Shown one piece after another: positions 40,553-53,750 of a stretch of DNA of 64,000 nucleotides (its first letter is position 1; each line of letters begins with the position of its first letter). A model generated the notes under the pieces. It was not told where the DNA came from. It ran no database searches and saw only the letters and a program-made list of their open reading frames with translations. The DNA lies in assembly GCF_001194135.2 (NCBI RefSeq), contig NC_068996.1, positions 13,583,134 to 13,647,133 on the forward strand. Direction: 5' to 3'. The translations under genes were made by a program, and so were the position numbers. This DNA comes from Octopus bimaculoides (taxonomy: Eukaryota).

Positions 40553-40623
40553 TATATGCTGCAGCATGAACACAACCTTACGACTGAAGCATGTACAGGA
40601 ATACACACACACACGTACATATA

Positions 40624-41848
40624 CGGTGCACTGAATAAATTTTCGTCTAAATTATGCAAAAATGAAAATAACACTGACATCTCATTTTAACAGATATATT
40701 TATCAAAACTACATAAAAATATCTTGAAATACTAGAGAGTTAATTTATTTCATAAAATCGGTATTGGCTTTAACCACGGCCTCCAGACGACTTTTGAATC
40801 TCTTGCAACTCTTGTGAATGGTATCCCTGTTTAATTTGGTAAATGCTGCCTTAATCCTTGCCTTCAATTCATCTTTTGGTCTGCTTCTCAACTGCGCTCC
40901 AGACATAATTACCAAAGGGGCTGCAGTCTGGCGAGTTAGGTGGCCAGATGTTAGGAGTGATGTAGTCGTAGAAATTGTCTGACAGACATGACTGAGCTTT
41001 CCTGCTTGTGTGGCATGGTGTCGAGTCCTGTTGCCAAACATAGGGTCATCCAGCTCTCTTTACCCAGGGCAGCACAACTTCTTGCAGGCATTTGAAGTAG
41101 GTCTCCGTGTTGAATGTGAGGCTGTGTGGGAAGATGAATGGAAGCATAACGCCGCCATTACTAGTGATCACTCCAAACACCATAATGCTGACTGGATGTT
41201 TGATTTCTATCACTCACGGTACATGTTTTTCGGACACGGTAAGCCAACGGTTTTTCTGTATTCACTATCAGATCAAGGTAGAAATTGTTCTCGTCTGAGA
41301 AAAACCAAAACATATTCGGTTAGCGTGGGTACTTGAATTTGTTCAAAAGCTTCGTAGCGCGGTCTTTCCTCTTTCTCACCTTATATGAGGAATACTGAAT
41401 GTCTTTATGTACTACCTGCCTGAGAAGAAACTCAGACACTCCCATGTCCCTGGCGATGGACCTGATTAACTTGGAGGGATCGTTGTTAAGCATGGCCTGG
41501 ATCTCACCAACAAATTCAGGAGTTCTTTTCTTATCAGAATGATCAAAATGAGTTTTCCGAGCTACCATACCTTCGTAATCACCATTAGACTCATCCGGAT
41601 CCTTTACACTGTCCTCAGATTGACACCGAAAAACTCTGAAATATTCGTACTTTAGCTTCCAGCGCAAATGCCAAGCAGTACAGCGTATCGTTTCAAAAGT
41701 TCTGGCAAAGTGGATTGCGTCTTGGTACTTTTTTTCTCACAAACGATGTCCAACTGACCCTATTATACTATGTAGTCGACAAAATCTAAACCAAACAAAA
41801 CGCGAAATTAAGAATATAAAATGGCGAGAATTTACCTATCACATCTTG
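40624..41848 (-). mobile_element. maT / DD37D-type transposon, degraded
   Basis: QQDSTPCHT...WPPNSPDCSPF(G)NYVW gives 37 residues between the second D and the mutated third D position. ARKTHFDHSDKKRTPEF HTH region. Degenerate TIRs with TA flanks. Confidence 0.8.
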
Positions 41849-41910
<62 letters not shown>

Positions 41911-42051
41911 CATGCAAACAAACACACACATACACACACACACGCACACATATATGTATATATATATGCACACACAACGAGTTATTTGCTGTTGTTACAC
42001 CTTTGGCTATATGTCCGTTGGATCAAGGTTGATCAGGTGTTAAAACACCAT

Positions 42052-42160
<109 letters not shown>

Positions 42161-44121
42161 AGTAGTAGAATAGCGAAAGTAATTAACAACTACAAACGTT
42201 TGTGTCACAAGCGACATAACTATCAGCGGCTTCCTTTAGTCCCGTCTATTTGTCNNNNNNNNNNNNNNNNNNNNNNNNNNNNNNNNNNNNNNNNNNNNNN
42301 NNNNNNNNNNNNNNNNNNNNNNNNNNNNNNNNNNNNNNNNNNNNNNNNNNNNNNNNNNNNNNNNNNNNNNNNNNNNNNNNNNNNNNNNNNNNNNNNNNNN
42401 NNNNNNNNNNNNNNNNNNNNNNNNNNNNNNNNNNNNNNNNNNNNNNNNNNNNNNNNNNNNNNNNNNNNNNNNNNNNNNNNNNNNNNNNNNNNNNNNNNNN
42501 NNNNNNNNNNNNNNNNNNNNNNNNNNNNNNNNNNNNNNNNNNNNNNNNNNNNNNNNNNNNNNNNNNNNNNNNNNNNNNNNNNNNNNNNNNNNNNNNNNNN
42601 NNNNNNNNNNNNNNNNNNNNNNNNNNNNNNNNNNNNNNNNNNNNNNNNNNNNNNNNNNNNNNNNNNNNNNNNNNNNNNNNNNNNNNNNNNNNNNNNNNNN
42701 NNNNNNNNNNNNNNNNNNNNNNNNNNNNNNNNNNNNNNNNNNNNNNNNNNNNNNNNNNNNNNNNTATATATATATGTATATATCTAAATATATATATATA
42801 TATATGGACATTTATTTATCGATATATATATGTGTGTGTGTATTTATATATATATGTTAGATCATCCGATCTGTGGGTATACATATACACACACACACAT
42901 ACATAAAGGTGTTTACACGAGAAAATTTGAGAGTTCAACACATATCATAGAGAGGAATTCGCAAAGATGATAGAGTCCGTTCAGTGTGATACATCGCAGC
43001 TTTAATTCTGTTGCTTTGCTCATGCCAAATACACAGCCATCATCAAATGGAAAACTTAACAAGGTCCTAAAAACCTGGGGCTATGTTGTAATGTATTTAT
43101 ATTATGTATATATATANNNNNNNNNNNNNNNNNNNNNNNNNNNNNNNNNNNNNNNNNNNNNNNNNNNNNNNNNNNNNNNNNNNNNNNNNNNNNNNNNNNN
43201 NNNNNNNNNNNNNNNNNNNNNNNNNNNNNNNNNNNNNNNNNNNNNNNNNNNNNNNNNNNNNNNNNNNNNNNNNNNNNNNNNNNNNNNNNNNNNNNNNNNN
43301 NNNNNNNNNNNNNNNNNNNNNNNNNNNNNNNNNNNNNNNNNNNNNNNNNNNNNNNNNNNNNNNNNNNNNNNNNNNNNNNNNNNNNNNNNNNNNNNNNNNN
43401 NNNNNNNNNNNNNNNNNNNNNNNNNNNNNNNNNNNNNNNNNNNNNNNNNNNNNNNNNNNNNNNNNNNNNNNNNNNNNNNNNNNNNNNNNNNNNNNNNNNN
43501 NNNNNNNNNNNNNNNNNNNNNNNNNNNNNNNNNNNNNNNNNNNNNNNNNNNNNNNNNNNNNNNNNNNNNNNNNNNNNNNNNNNNNNNNNNNNNNNNNNNN
43601 NNNNNNNNNNNNNNNNNNNNNNNNNNNNNNNNNNNNNNNNNNNNNNNNNNNNNNNNNNNNNNNNNNNNNNNNNNNNNNNNNNNNNNNNNNNNNNNNNNNN
43701 NNNNNNNNNNNNNNNNNNNNNNNNNNNNNNNNNNNNNNNNNNNNNNNNNNNNNNNNNNNNNNNNNNNNNNNNNNNNNNNNNNNNNNNNNNNNNNNNNNNN
43801 NNNNNNNNNNNNNNNNNNNNNNNNNNNNNNNNNNNNNNNNNNNNNNNNNNNNNNNNNNNNNNNNNNNNNNNNNNNNNNNNNNNNNNNNNNNNNNNNNNNN
43901 NNNNNNNNNNNNNNNNNNNNNNNNNNNNNNNNNNNNNNNNNNNNNNNNNNNNNNNNNNNNNNNNNNNNNNNNNNNNNNNNNNNNNNNNNNNNNNNNNNNN
44001 NNNNNNNNNNNNNNNNNNNNNNNNNNNNNNNNNNNNNNNNNNNNNNNNNNNNNNNNNNNNNNNNNNNNNNNNNNNNNNNNNNNNNNNNNNNNNNNNNNNN
44101 NNNNNNTATATATATATATAT

Positions 44122-44215
<94 letters not shown>

Positions 44216-44489
44216 TGAGAGAAAAAGAGAGAGAGAGAGAGAAAGAGAAAGAAAGAAAGAAAGAAAGAGGGAGAGCATAAGAAATTACTGCGTTTCTACA
44301 TTTCTTTTTCTGCATTACCCGCATAGGGGTTCAGAAACTGTTTAAGTATTTGTTTATTGATTATTCTGGGATGCATTCGGAATCATAAGTCAAATTTAGT
44401 AAAATGTGTTCAATGGTGGCGACCTTGTTTCTGAACAAACTTTCGCTTATACGAGCATACACACTCGCGCACACACACACACACACACA

Positions 44490-44550
<61 letters not shown>

Positions 44551-45051
44551 GGCTGCACACATTTAGACATTCACAAACATATTCATTATTTATACAGACA
44601 GTTATATATTCACTAATGTAAGTTTATATAATTTATGTATATATACATTTATATAAATTGTAATATATACATTAAATATGATTATTCAACAAGGAAATAT
44701 GAAGTTTCGGCTACCTCGAACAGAGCAGAGAAATCATCTATCAACATTAGACATGCATACATACATACATACATACATATATACATATATATATACATAT
44801 ATAAAAAAAAGAAACAAAAAAAACACACACACACACACACATGAACATATAAATAAATAAAAACTAATACAAACGAACACGTATTAACAGAGAATATAGG
44901 TGATACAGACACTCCCCATATACGCATGCACTTACAAAAGACACAGACACATTGAAGGACACGCATGCGTAGACACATACAATAGGAATACAAAATACAA
45001 AATGGCTGATAGTTAGCAAGGTGAGACACACATAAGAAAGAAGGAAACAAA

Positions 45052-45096
45052 GGACCACTGATGAGGTCACAGAAGTGTGACGAAAGAACTCTGGCC
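45052..45096 (+). ncRNA. Minimal type I hammerhead ribozyme
   Basis: CUGAUGA (45058-64), stem II GUCACA-GAAG-UGUGAC, GAAA (45082-85), 2-bp stem III AG-AA-CU, cleavage triplet CUC (45089-91), stem I GG(A)CCA/UGGCC. One extra G after A9. Confidence 0.7.
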
Positions 45097-45361
45097 GAAA
45101 TAAGATTAAGATTAAGATTAATGTAATATAAAGCTGAAAAAAAAAATAACACNNNNNNNNNNNNNNNNNNNNNNNNNNNNNNNNNNNNNNNNNNNNNNNN
45201 NNNNNNNNNNNNNNNNNNNNNNNNNNNNNNNNNNNNNNNNNNNNNNNNNNNNNNNNNNNNNNNNNNNNNNNNNNNNNNNNNNNNNNNNNNNNNNNNNNNN
45301 NNNNNNNTATATATATATATATATGCATGTATATATATATATATATATATATATACATGTG

Positions 45362-45393
<32 letters not shown>

Positions 45394-45475
45394 TATCTAT
45401 CTATCTATCTATCTATCTATATCTATCTATCTATCTATCTATCTATATATATATATATATATATACAGTGAGAGG

Positions 45476-45506
<31 letters not shown>

Positions 45507-45767
45507 GGGGACAGAGAGATAGGGAGAGAGTGAGAGAGAGAGAGAGAGAGAGAGAAATAGGTAGATATATACACATTCGTAAAAATATGCAGTAAAGTAG
45601 AATTCCCATCTCTCTTTTCAGGAGCGTGTAGTATATCAAAGAAACTCTGCAGTGAATGCAGCTTTGATGAAGGAGTAAATTTTTTTAATATTAATTATAA
45701 CAAAGAGTAAAAATCATTAATGATTGTACCAAGCGGTCCGCGCGGAAATATCATAATAATTATATAC

Positions 45768-46092
45768 ATAATTATATACATAATTATAACAAGGGATTGG
45801 CTATAAACCTCCTCACTCCTAGAGAATAAACGCAAAAAAACGCTAATACCACCTTAAAAACTCCGTTGCTGAAGATATCAGTAGGTATAATTTTTACTTT
45901 GCTTGAAACGGAATCTTGTACACGTTTAACCAAAAGTTTAATTCATTATCTTTCTTTTGCCCGACTAAAGCCAGTGTTTCATTATTTTTTTTTTTTTAGT
46001 TTTTAAAATGGTGTTAGCGCCTTTTGGCGTCTACTTCTAGCGCGTGGAATGTCTTATAGCTAATTCCTTGTTATAATTATGTATATAATTAT
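45768..46092. mobile_element. MITE with ~95-bp imperfect TIRs
   Basis: 45768-45862 pairs with 45998-46092 (ATAATTATATACATAATTATAACAAGG...CGCTAAYACCA..TTAAAAACT). Confidence 0.8.
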
Positions 46093-46239
46093 AATATCTA
46101 TATATATGTGTGTATCTGTGTATGTGTATGTGTGTGCGCATGCGCAAATTAATGTAACCAAGATATTTTAAAATTATGAATATTTTACATACAATATAAG
46201 CGACTTAAGTTTCATGTACAGAAACAGATTTAACTTAGC

Positions 46240-46800
46240 TCTGCTCAAAATCGGCCGATATTCTCTTCAAATATCCTTTTAGCTCTTGTTTGGCATGATA
46301 TATATTCTACATGTAATTTTATTGATGATGTCTGCGTATTTGGTGTCTTCATTAATGCAAGTCTTACACTGCTCGCCGTTTTGGACCTCTTAGTTACGCT
46401 ATCATGTAAAAATCTGTCATATTTATCCTGATTTACCACATATTCGTCATTAGTTTTATGAGAAAAGTCTAAGCTAATTTTAGAATTCTTAAAGATTCTA
46501 ATGTTATTGTGGTTTTTTACAGAACTGTTTGTCGATGAGGAAATCTGCATCTAAGGAGACTAAGCCTTTTACTCTAGGATTTTTCTTTCTTCTCCTCATG
46601 GCATTGCATTCAATGGTGGTTGATGCCATATCAGCATCGAAATGTAGGCCTTCCTGCACATATTTCTCTCCCATTTATCAGTTATCTTTTGCAAGATTTT
46701 AGAGTATTGATCGTTAAAGGTTGTGAATGTATTTTTTCTTAGCAATTATTCGATATAATAGTAGAGGTCTATCTTGGTACTTTTTTCGTGGAAGCTTTCT
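46240..46800 (-). mobile_element. Penelope-like element remnant, N-terminal/pre-RT region
   Basis: KT.xEY.VNQDKYDRFLHDSVTK..KTA, resembling the PLE DKT..Y.L....Y.KLL.D.ITK motif. Confidence 0.6.
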
Positions 46801-47089
46801 ACTGTTTACCTGTCAATCATATGGTATACCTTCCCGTATGAATGACTAACATAAGTCCATGTGCTGCGGTCTACATATTGTTCAGTTGTTTATATATTGA
46901 GCAAATTAAGGATCCAATAAATTTGAGAATTACAAGTATTTTATATAGAATATCTTAAGCACATGGCGACAATAATAAGTCTCAAGCTGGAGGAGAAAGT
47001 GACAATAAATGGGGTTAAGCACAGACAATCATCTTTCTCTGAGTATGAAACTTGTCACCAAGTTAAGATATTGCATTATACAAACATGG

Positions 47090-47509
47090 TGTATGTATGT
47101 ATGTATGTATGTATGTATGTATGTATGTATGTATGTATGTGTGTATGTATGTATGTATGTATGTATGTATGTATTGTATGCATGAATGTATGTATTGTAT
47201 GTATATATGCATAGTATTTATGAATGTATGAATGCATGTATGATGTATGTATTGTATGTATTGTATGTATGAATCTATGTACGCATTGTATGTATATATA
47301 TATATGTATGTATAAATGTATGTGTATGTATATATGTATTTATGTATGTGTGTATGTATGTGTATATGTGCGTATGCATGATAATATGAAAACAACGTTC
47401 GTGTGCTCAATAACAAAAGATTATATTTATAGCAAATTCTATATATTTATTTGCATTGTATTTTTATTTATATATGAATATGGATATATATATATGTCTC
47501 TCTCTCTCA

Positions 47510-47565
<56 letters not shown>

Positions 47566-47595
47566 GTGTGTGTGTGTATATATATATATATATGT

Positions 47596-47650
<55 letters not shown>

Positions 47651-47651
47651 A

Positions 47652-47688
<37 letters not shown>

Positions 47689-47750
47689 TATGTATAAATA
47701 TATATATATATATATACATATATATGTATATACACATGCATAAGTACATA
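47090..47750. repeat. Compound (TATG)n/(TA)n/(CA)n/(CT)n microsatellite block
   Basis: Direct sequence. Confidence 0.95.
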
Positions 47751-47911
47751 CCGTACATAAATTCACTAACACACAGGTATATGCGTATATATCATTAATA
47801 ATATTTTAACTGTATGCCAATAATCTGTTTGCAAATTTGGCAACAATTTCTGCGGCAACTCACATTAGAAAGAACGACGTCATTACTTGTCCAGTCAATC
47901 ATACACAAGCA

Positions 47912-47965
<54 letters not shown>

Positions 47966-48057
47966 ACGTATGTGTTTGTGTATGCATGTGTATAGATGTA
48001 TGGTTGTGTGTGTGCATATTTATACATACATGTATAGATACATACATGCGTACGTAC

Positions 48058-48140
<83 letters not shown>

Positions 48141-48629
48141 GTGTGTGTTGGAAGGTTACATATACATATGACGTTTATTTATATCTCTTTCTTGTTTTCA
48201 GGAAGAGTTTGACGTATTGGTGAACAGTCAACGGCTTTAGAGACCATAAAGATTAAAGGCGTAGCTGAGAAAAAGCTAGCTGACGTTGAGGGCTGGAGGC
48301 TATCTTCATATTAGAATAAAGTGGCATGTATCTTGATAATTCACACCAGGTGGCACAATGCTGACATCATAGTTGCTGCTCAGTACCTCGTGAACACTGT
48401 CAAAGATGTAAGACATGACATGACATGTATAGCCGCAAAGGGAACTACGAAGCCGTGGACAGCAAGAAGGAAGATTTCCTCTCCAAATATTTGAAGAGCG
48501 CCTAAAGCTCAGTTTATACGGCCATGTGAAGCTGCTGCAGACTCTGATCAATCCTTGCTAGAGAGGGTTGCTGCTATATGACCACGTGTATGGCAGCAGG
48601 ATTGGGGTCTTTGCCGTACCCTAGGAAAG

Positions 48630-48870
48630 AATCAAATGTGGCTACGGAGAATTTCTATGACTTCACCAGCACAAATTGCTGACCTCATAACTACTCCAAT
48701 TTTAATCTTATCGATTACTATGTGTGAGATCTGGTTGAGAAAAACGCTAAGGTACAGCTAGTGGCCAAGATCAAAGAGGTTTTCTAACAGCTTCTCAAGG
48801 AAACACTGAAGAATACATGCGCTAGGTTCTAGAGTTGTCCTAGAAGTCAACGTGGAAAGTCATCTGAGAC
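48630..48870 (+). mobile_element. maT/DD37D transposase 3' fragment
   Basis: Parallels 40750-41000 (gaatttctatgacttcaccagc...gattactatgtgtg...gatcaaagagg). Confidence 0.55.
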
Positions 48871-48879
48871 CCTTCTACT

Positions 48880-49360
48880 CCTAAATGAGCAAATCGAAAG
48901 ACAGATTATTCACATTGCTAGATGTTGATGACATTCCAGATATCAGGCACCCAGTTTCGGTTTTTCCGTGACTCAAAATTGCAACTTTCTTAAGGAAACA
49001 TGCCACTAAGACATGGCTTACGAATGGCAGCTACACCAACTCTCCATTAAGGAGTCTCTCTATGTGTCACCAGTGATACACGCCCGTGTATTAGATGCTC
49101 CTGTTTCTCCAGACCGTTGCGTACAAGGTGATGGCAGTCGAAGGATTGCCTGGCCAGTATAACGCGTCTCTTTCAGATGTCGACCGGAAAACTCTCCACC
49201 CCGATCAAACGGAAACTGCAGCAAGTCTCGCTGGTAAACGGTAACAGTAGTAAAGTAAGCGTTCTTCGTCCCGGCCAGACTTCATTTGGAATGAGTCCAA
49301 ATTGTTACCAGACGATTAGCTCAACTTCTCTCGAAGAGGAGATAGTTTCAACACAAATCA
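48880..49360 (-). mobile_element. Degraded LINE 5' (APE) fragment
   Basis: The minus strand gives WRVGVAAI..C.LSG, resembling the APE motif DVAAxQET. Heavily disrupted. Confidence 0.4.
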
Positions 49361-49822
49361 ACAATTTATATTATATGGTATTCAATATACCTATTTACTC
49401 TTTGTTTCTCAAATGCATACCACTGGCCATTCTGAGTAACTTCTCTAAGCTCAACCTTGTTAAAAATGTGGGAATGATCAGGTCTATGAATGTTTGCTAA
49501 TTTTTATTTAGAATATGTCTACTTTACCCTCTAAATTTATATAGGAAGCAGTGTAGGGCAATTACTATGACCGACGCCTATTAAAGCTCAGAAAGATATC
49601 AACAGCCGTCCTCATCTAAGCGATCAGATTGTCTATTCTTTAATGGTATGTCAATCGTGGGGAAATTTTCATTCGTGAAATTATTTGATCTTCTACACCA
49701 GTCGATTGTTTTACCTTAAGGTAACATCGATAATTTCAATAAATTAAGAATCGATGTTGTATGGCCTTTAATATATCATGTTTATACATACATATTTATA
49801 TATACATACATACATGCATACA

Positions 49823-49856
<34 letters not shown>

Positions 49857-50280
49857 CAGACAGACAGACAAACATACATACATGCATGAATACATGTATA
49901 TAATATATATGCACATATATACATACACACATATATATACAATATACTTTATATATATGTATATATATATATGTATAGATATGAATATATATACATACAT
50001 ATATATATACAGATATATACATATGTATACATACATACATATACATACACACATATACATACACACATGTGCATAATCAACTTGTGCATTCGGTAATCGA
50101 CCCACAAGTGCTTCACAGGGTAGGCGGTAATTAGTCTAGCCAAATCTTTCCGACTAGAGTGGAGAAGAGATAAACGAAAATAAAACTAATTTTATGATAG
50201 TTAAAGCAATACATAAAACACGAAGAAAATATTGTGATATCAATATTAATTAGGATTTATGAAGGAATTCATTATGCGAA

Positions 50281-50300
50281 GTCATTATTATTATTATTAA

Positions 50301-50340
<40 letters not shown>

Positions 50341-50365
50341 GCTGTTGTTGTTGTTGTTATTGTTA

Positions 50366-50403
<38 letters not shown>

Positions 50404-50410
50404 GTTGTTG

Positions 50411-50480
<70 letters not shown>
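50281..50480. repeat. (TTA/TTG)n microsatellite, tail of the minus-strand LINE
   Basis: Direct sequence. Confidence 0.95.
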
Positions 50481-50481
<1 letters not shown>

Positions 50482-50489
50482 CACAAAAC

Positions 50490-52730
50490 AGATGATGGAA
50501 CTGTTGGAAAAGAAAAATTCCTAGCATCGGACTACAACAAGTAACCTTAGATGCCAAGAACCCTCTTAAGTATACTAGCTGTCCCTTATAACACTGGTTT
50601 CTGGAGCTGTATTACACAAGGTTTTATGCCAATTCTCTCTATCCATCTGTTCAGATCTTTAGAGATAGTTTCCAATGCACCAATAACTACTGGGATACAT
50701 TTTATCCCAGTTTCTGTAATTCATTGGCTAGATCCTGGTACTTTGCTATTTTTTCTTTACTTCTCATATTGATTTTTTTTCATCATTTGGAACTGGAAAG
50801 TCAATTATCTGGCACTTTCTTTTCTCTTTATCCACGACTACTTTTATTACTCTGTCAGTCGGAATGTTAAAGTCCCACAACATCTTGTACTTCTTACTTT
50901 CTAGTACTTTACTAGGCTCATGTTCGTACCATTTATCAGTATGTTCAAATCCTAGCTTCCTACAAAGCTCCCAGTGGGTTGCTCTCACTAGTTTGCCATG
51001 TCTTTTCTTGTATTCTTTCTGTGCCAGCATGCTACGTTCACTGACTTTGTGACTAACGCTTTTCTCTTTTGATTTGCATAGTCTATTTTTTACTTTTATC
51101 TAATTAATCCTTAAAGCTTGATCTTGTGCAGCAACCAACAAACTTTCTGTGTCCTGCAGATTTCCCTTCTGCAGCCATAACTATGTCTCATTAATACTAT
51201 TTGCTGAAACTATCTTTGGGAATCTACCATGCAGCGCTTTCTCCTACCAGTTAGATAATTTCAGTTCTCTTTTTATCTTGTTTTTAAGTTCATTTGGTGT
51301 TTTGGTCTCCATCTGTCTTGCTGTGACTCTAGCAGTGTTAATAATCTTTCTTCACTATTACCTACATAGGAGTCTATATCTACCCTAGCAAACTCCACGC
51401 AATCTTCCACAGATATTAACCCTCTTGCACCTTCCTTTCTAGGTAGGCATGATCTTGTTACTCCTGCCCTTAGGTGGAGTCTTCCATTCATATTGAATTC
51501 TTTCCTAGTTCTTCTGTCTAGTTTTGCTAATTCAAGTTTTTGTCCAATTAACAAAGCTGCTGAGTATCTAAGTAATGATACTACCCAAGTATTTACAGCC
51601 TTCACTAGATTCGAATCATTTAGCTTTGATTTCATTAGCTTCCTCAGCTTTATGATGTACTCCTTCTCAATTTTCGTTTTCATTTCTATAGTTGGTACTC
51701 TGTCAGATTCTAATACTCCTAGATACTTATAACTCTCTCCTCCTTTCAATGATTTTAATATCTAGCCATCTGGTTATTGGATGCCTTCGCTCTTGTCTAC
51801 CCGTGCCCTTCTCATGACAAATATTGCACATTTATCTATGCCAAATTCCATGCCCATATCTTTGCTGAAGAGTCTTACAGTCTGTATTAAAGAACAAATC
51901 TCTTTTTCATTCTTACTAAAAAGCTTCACATCATTCATGTAGAGCAAATGGTTATTTTTTCCATTTCTGAACTGATACCCTGCCTTTGCCTTCCTTATTA
52001 CTAAACTGACAGGGGAACAAATATAAGACAAATATAAAAGGGGACAACGTGTCCCCCTGGAAAATTCCTCTTTTGATATTAACTTGATGTCACCTGAGTA
52101 TAGATCTACTTTCCATTTCTTCATGCTAAAGCTAATTAATTCTCTTATGTTGTCTGCTATAGTGAATATACTCAGACATTCACTTATCCATGGGCGTGGG
52201 ATCATGTCATAGGATTTCATATAACCTATCCATGCTATCGTTAGATGTTTCTTTCTAACTGTTACTTCATTTAGAACTGCTTTGCCTATATAAATTAGAT
52301 CATGCGTTCCACTAGCGATCTTTCTGTAACATTTCTGTTCTTCTGGCAGTAAATTCTGGTTAACAAGGTGCTCGTAAATACTGTCTGAAAGCATTCCTGT
52401 TCACAGCTTCCACACTAATGATAAGCAAGTGATTGGTCTATAGTTGCTAGCTGTATTGCTCTTGCTCTTATCCTTCATAATGATTATTGTCCTCCCTCTA
52501 GTCATCCAATCTGGTATTATTCCTCAATTAAGGCAATCATGAAGTTGTTTGCTCAGACTCCCATGTAAACTACTGAATTTCTTTAGCCAGTATCCTTGAA
52601 CTAAATCTGGTTCTGGGCCCTTTCAATTCGGTATTTTTCCTAAAACCTTACACATTAATGCTTTAGTTAATCTTAGATCTGGCTGCTTCTCACTAACTCC
52701 TTCTTCCCTAACTTTCTTTAACCATACTGC
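50490..52730 (-). mobile_element. 5'-truncated R4/Dong-type LINE (RT + RLE), degraded
   Basis: LLPEEQKC, AWIGYMKSYDMIP, NHLLYMNDVKLF, FGIDKC, YKYLGVLE, LPRKEGARGL, RHG..ATHWELC, WDFNIPTDRVI motifs. Confidence 0.92.
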
Positions 52731-52739
52731 ATCTCCCCT

Positions 52740-53703
52740 ATGACTCAGAAAGACCAAAGAGATCCAAATAGTGACAAACCTATCATTGATGCAAAAATCA
52801 TCAAACAAAAAGCAAAGAAAGTTTGCATGAATAATATCGAAGACAACTGGAAAGGTATACCCCTGCATGGAAAATACCTTAATCCCCTTTCAAAGCCAGA
52901 TATTGATCAAAATCTAACACACCAATGGCTACAAAGGACAAGTCTGAAAGGGGAAACAGAAGGTTTTGTTATTGCAGTGCAACATTCAGAGCTTACCTAC
53001 CAAAAACAACCACGTCCTTAAAGATGGATCTGATTCCCACGTGCAGAATTTGCAGAAAATTCACAGAGACAATTGATCATGTTGTTTCTGGCTGCCCAGT
53101 ACTTAATAAAAAGGAGTACCTCATAAGACATGAAAGACTATGGCAGTACATCTACTGGAATACTTATAAATATTACAAAATTTAATCCCACGATAAGTGG
53201 TACAGGCACCATCCAGAGGATGTAGTAAATGGCGAGGGCGTCACCATCTTTTGGACCTTCCCAATACAAACAGACAGAAAAATTGTCTCCAATCAACCAG
53301 ACAATGTAGTCAAGAACTACAACAGAGGAACGTGTCTATAAATAGATATGTATGTCCCACAAGACCAAAATGTCTGAAGAAATACGAAAAGCTTTCTCGC
53401 TATAAAGATCTGCAAATTGAAATCACATAAATGTGGATAATTAGTACTGTGCGTTGGAAATGATAAAGAAGGGAGCTGAGAAGTATATTAAGCAAGTCCC
53501 TGGTAACTCCAATCTCTGTGAACTACAAAAGATAATCTTGGTGGGTACAGCCCATACACTACGGAAAGCACTCCATCTAAAATGGAATAAATGTGATGAT
53601 AATTTTAGCATGCATAGCAAAACAAAAGTGCCATTACTACTCTTGGCCTCCGGAGGATACCCGGTACTAAGGCAGCTGAAATAAAGTTATAATGAGAAGA
53701 AAC

Positions 53704-53750
<47 letters not shown>
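52740..53750 (+). mobile_element. 5'-truncated R4/Dong-type LINE 3' end with (AAT)n tail
   Basis: WKGIPLHGKY, LKGETEGFVIA, CRICRKFTETIDHVVSGCP, RHE, WDLPIQTDRK..NQPD, KLSRYKDLQIEI, LQKIILVGTAHTLRKAL. Confidence 0.9.

Noticed and set aside
45622-45693. Plus-strand mini-exon candidate (tctcttttcag...GGA|gtaaat)
   Set aside because: The frame needed to follow the 36738-36829 exon hits TAG at once, and there is no other support.
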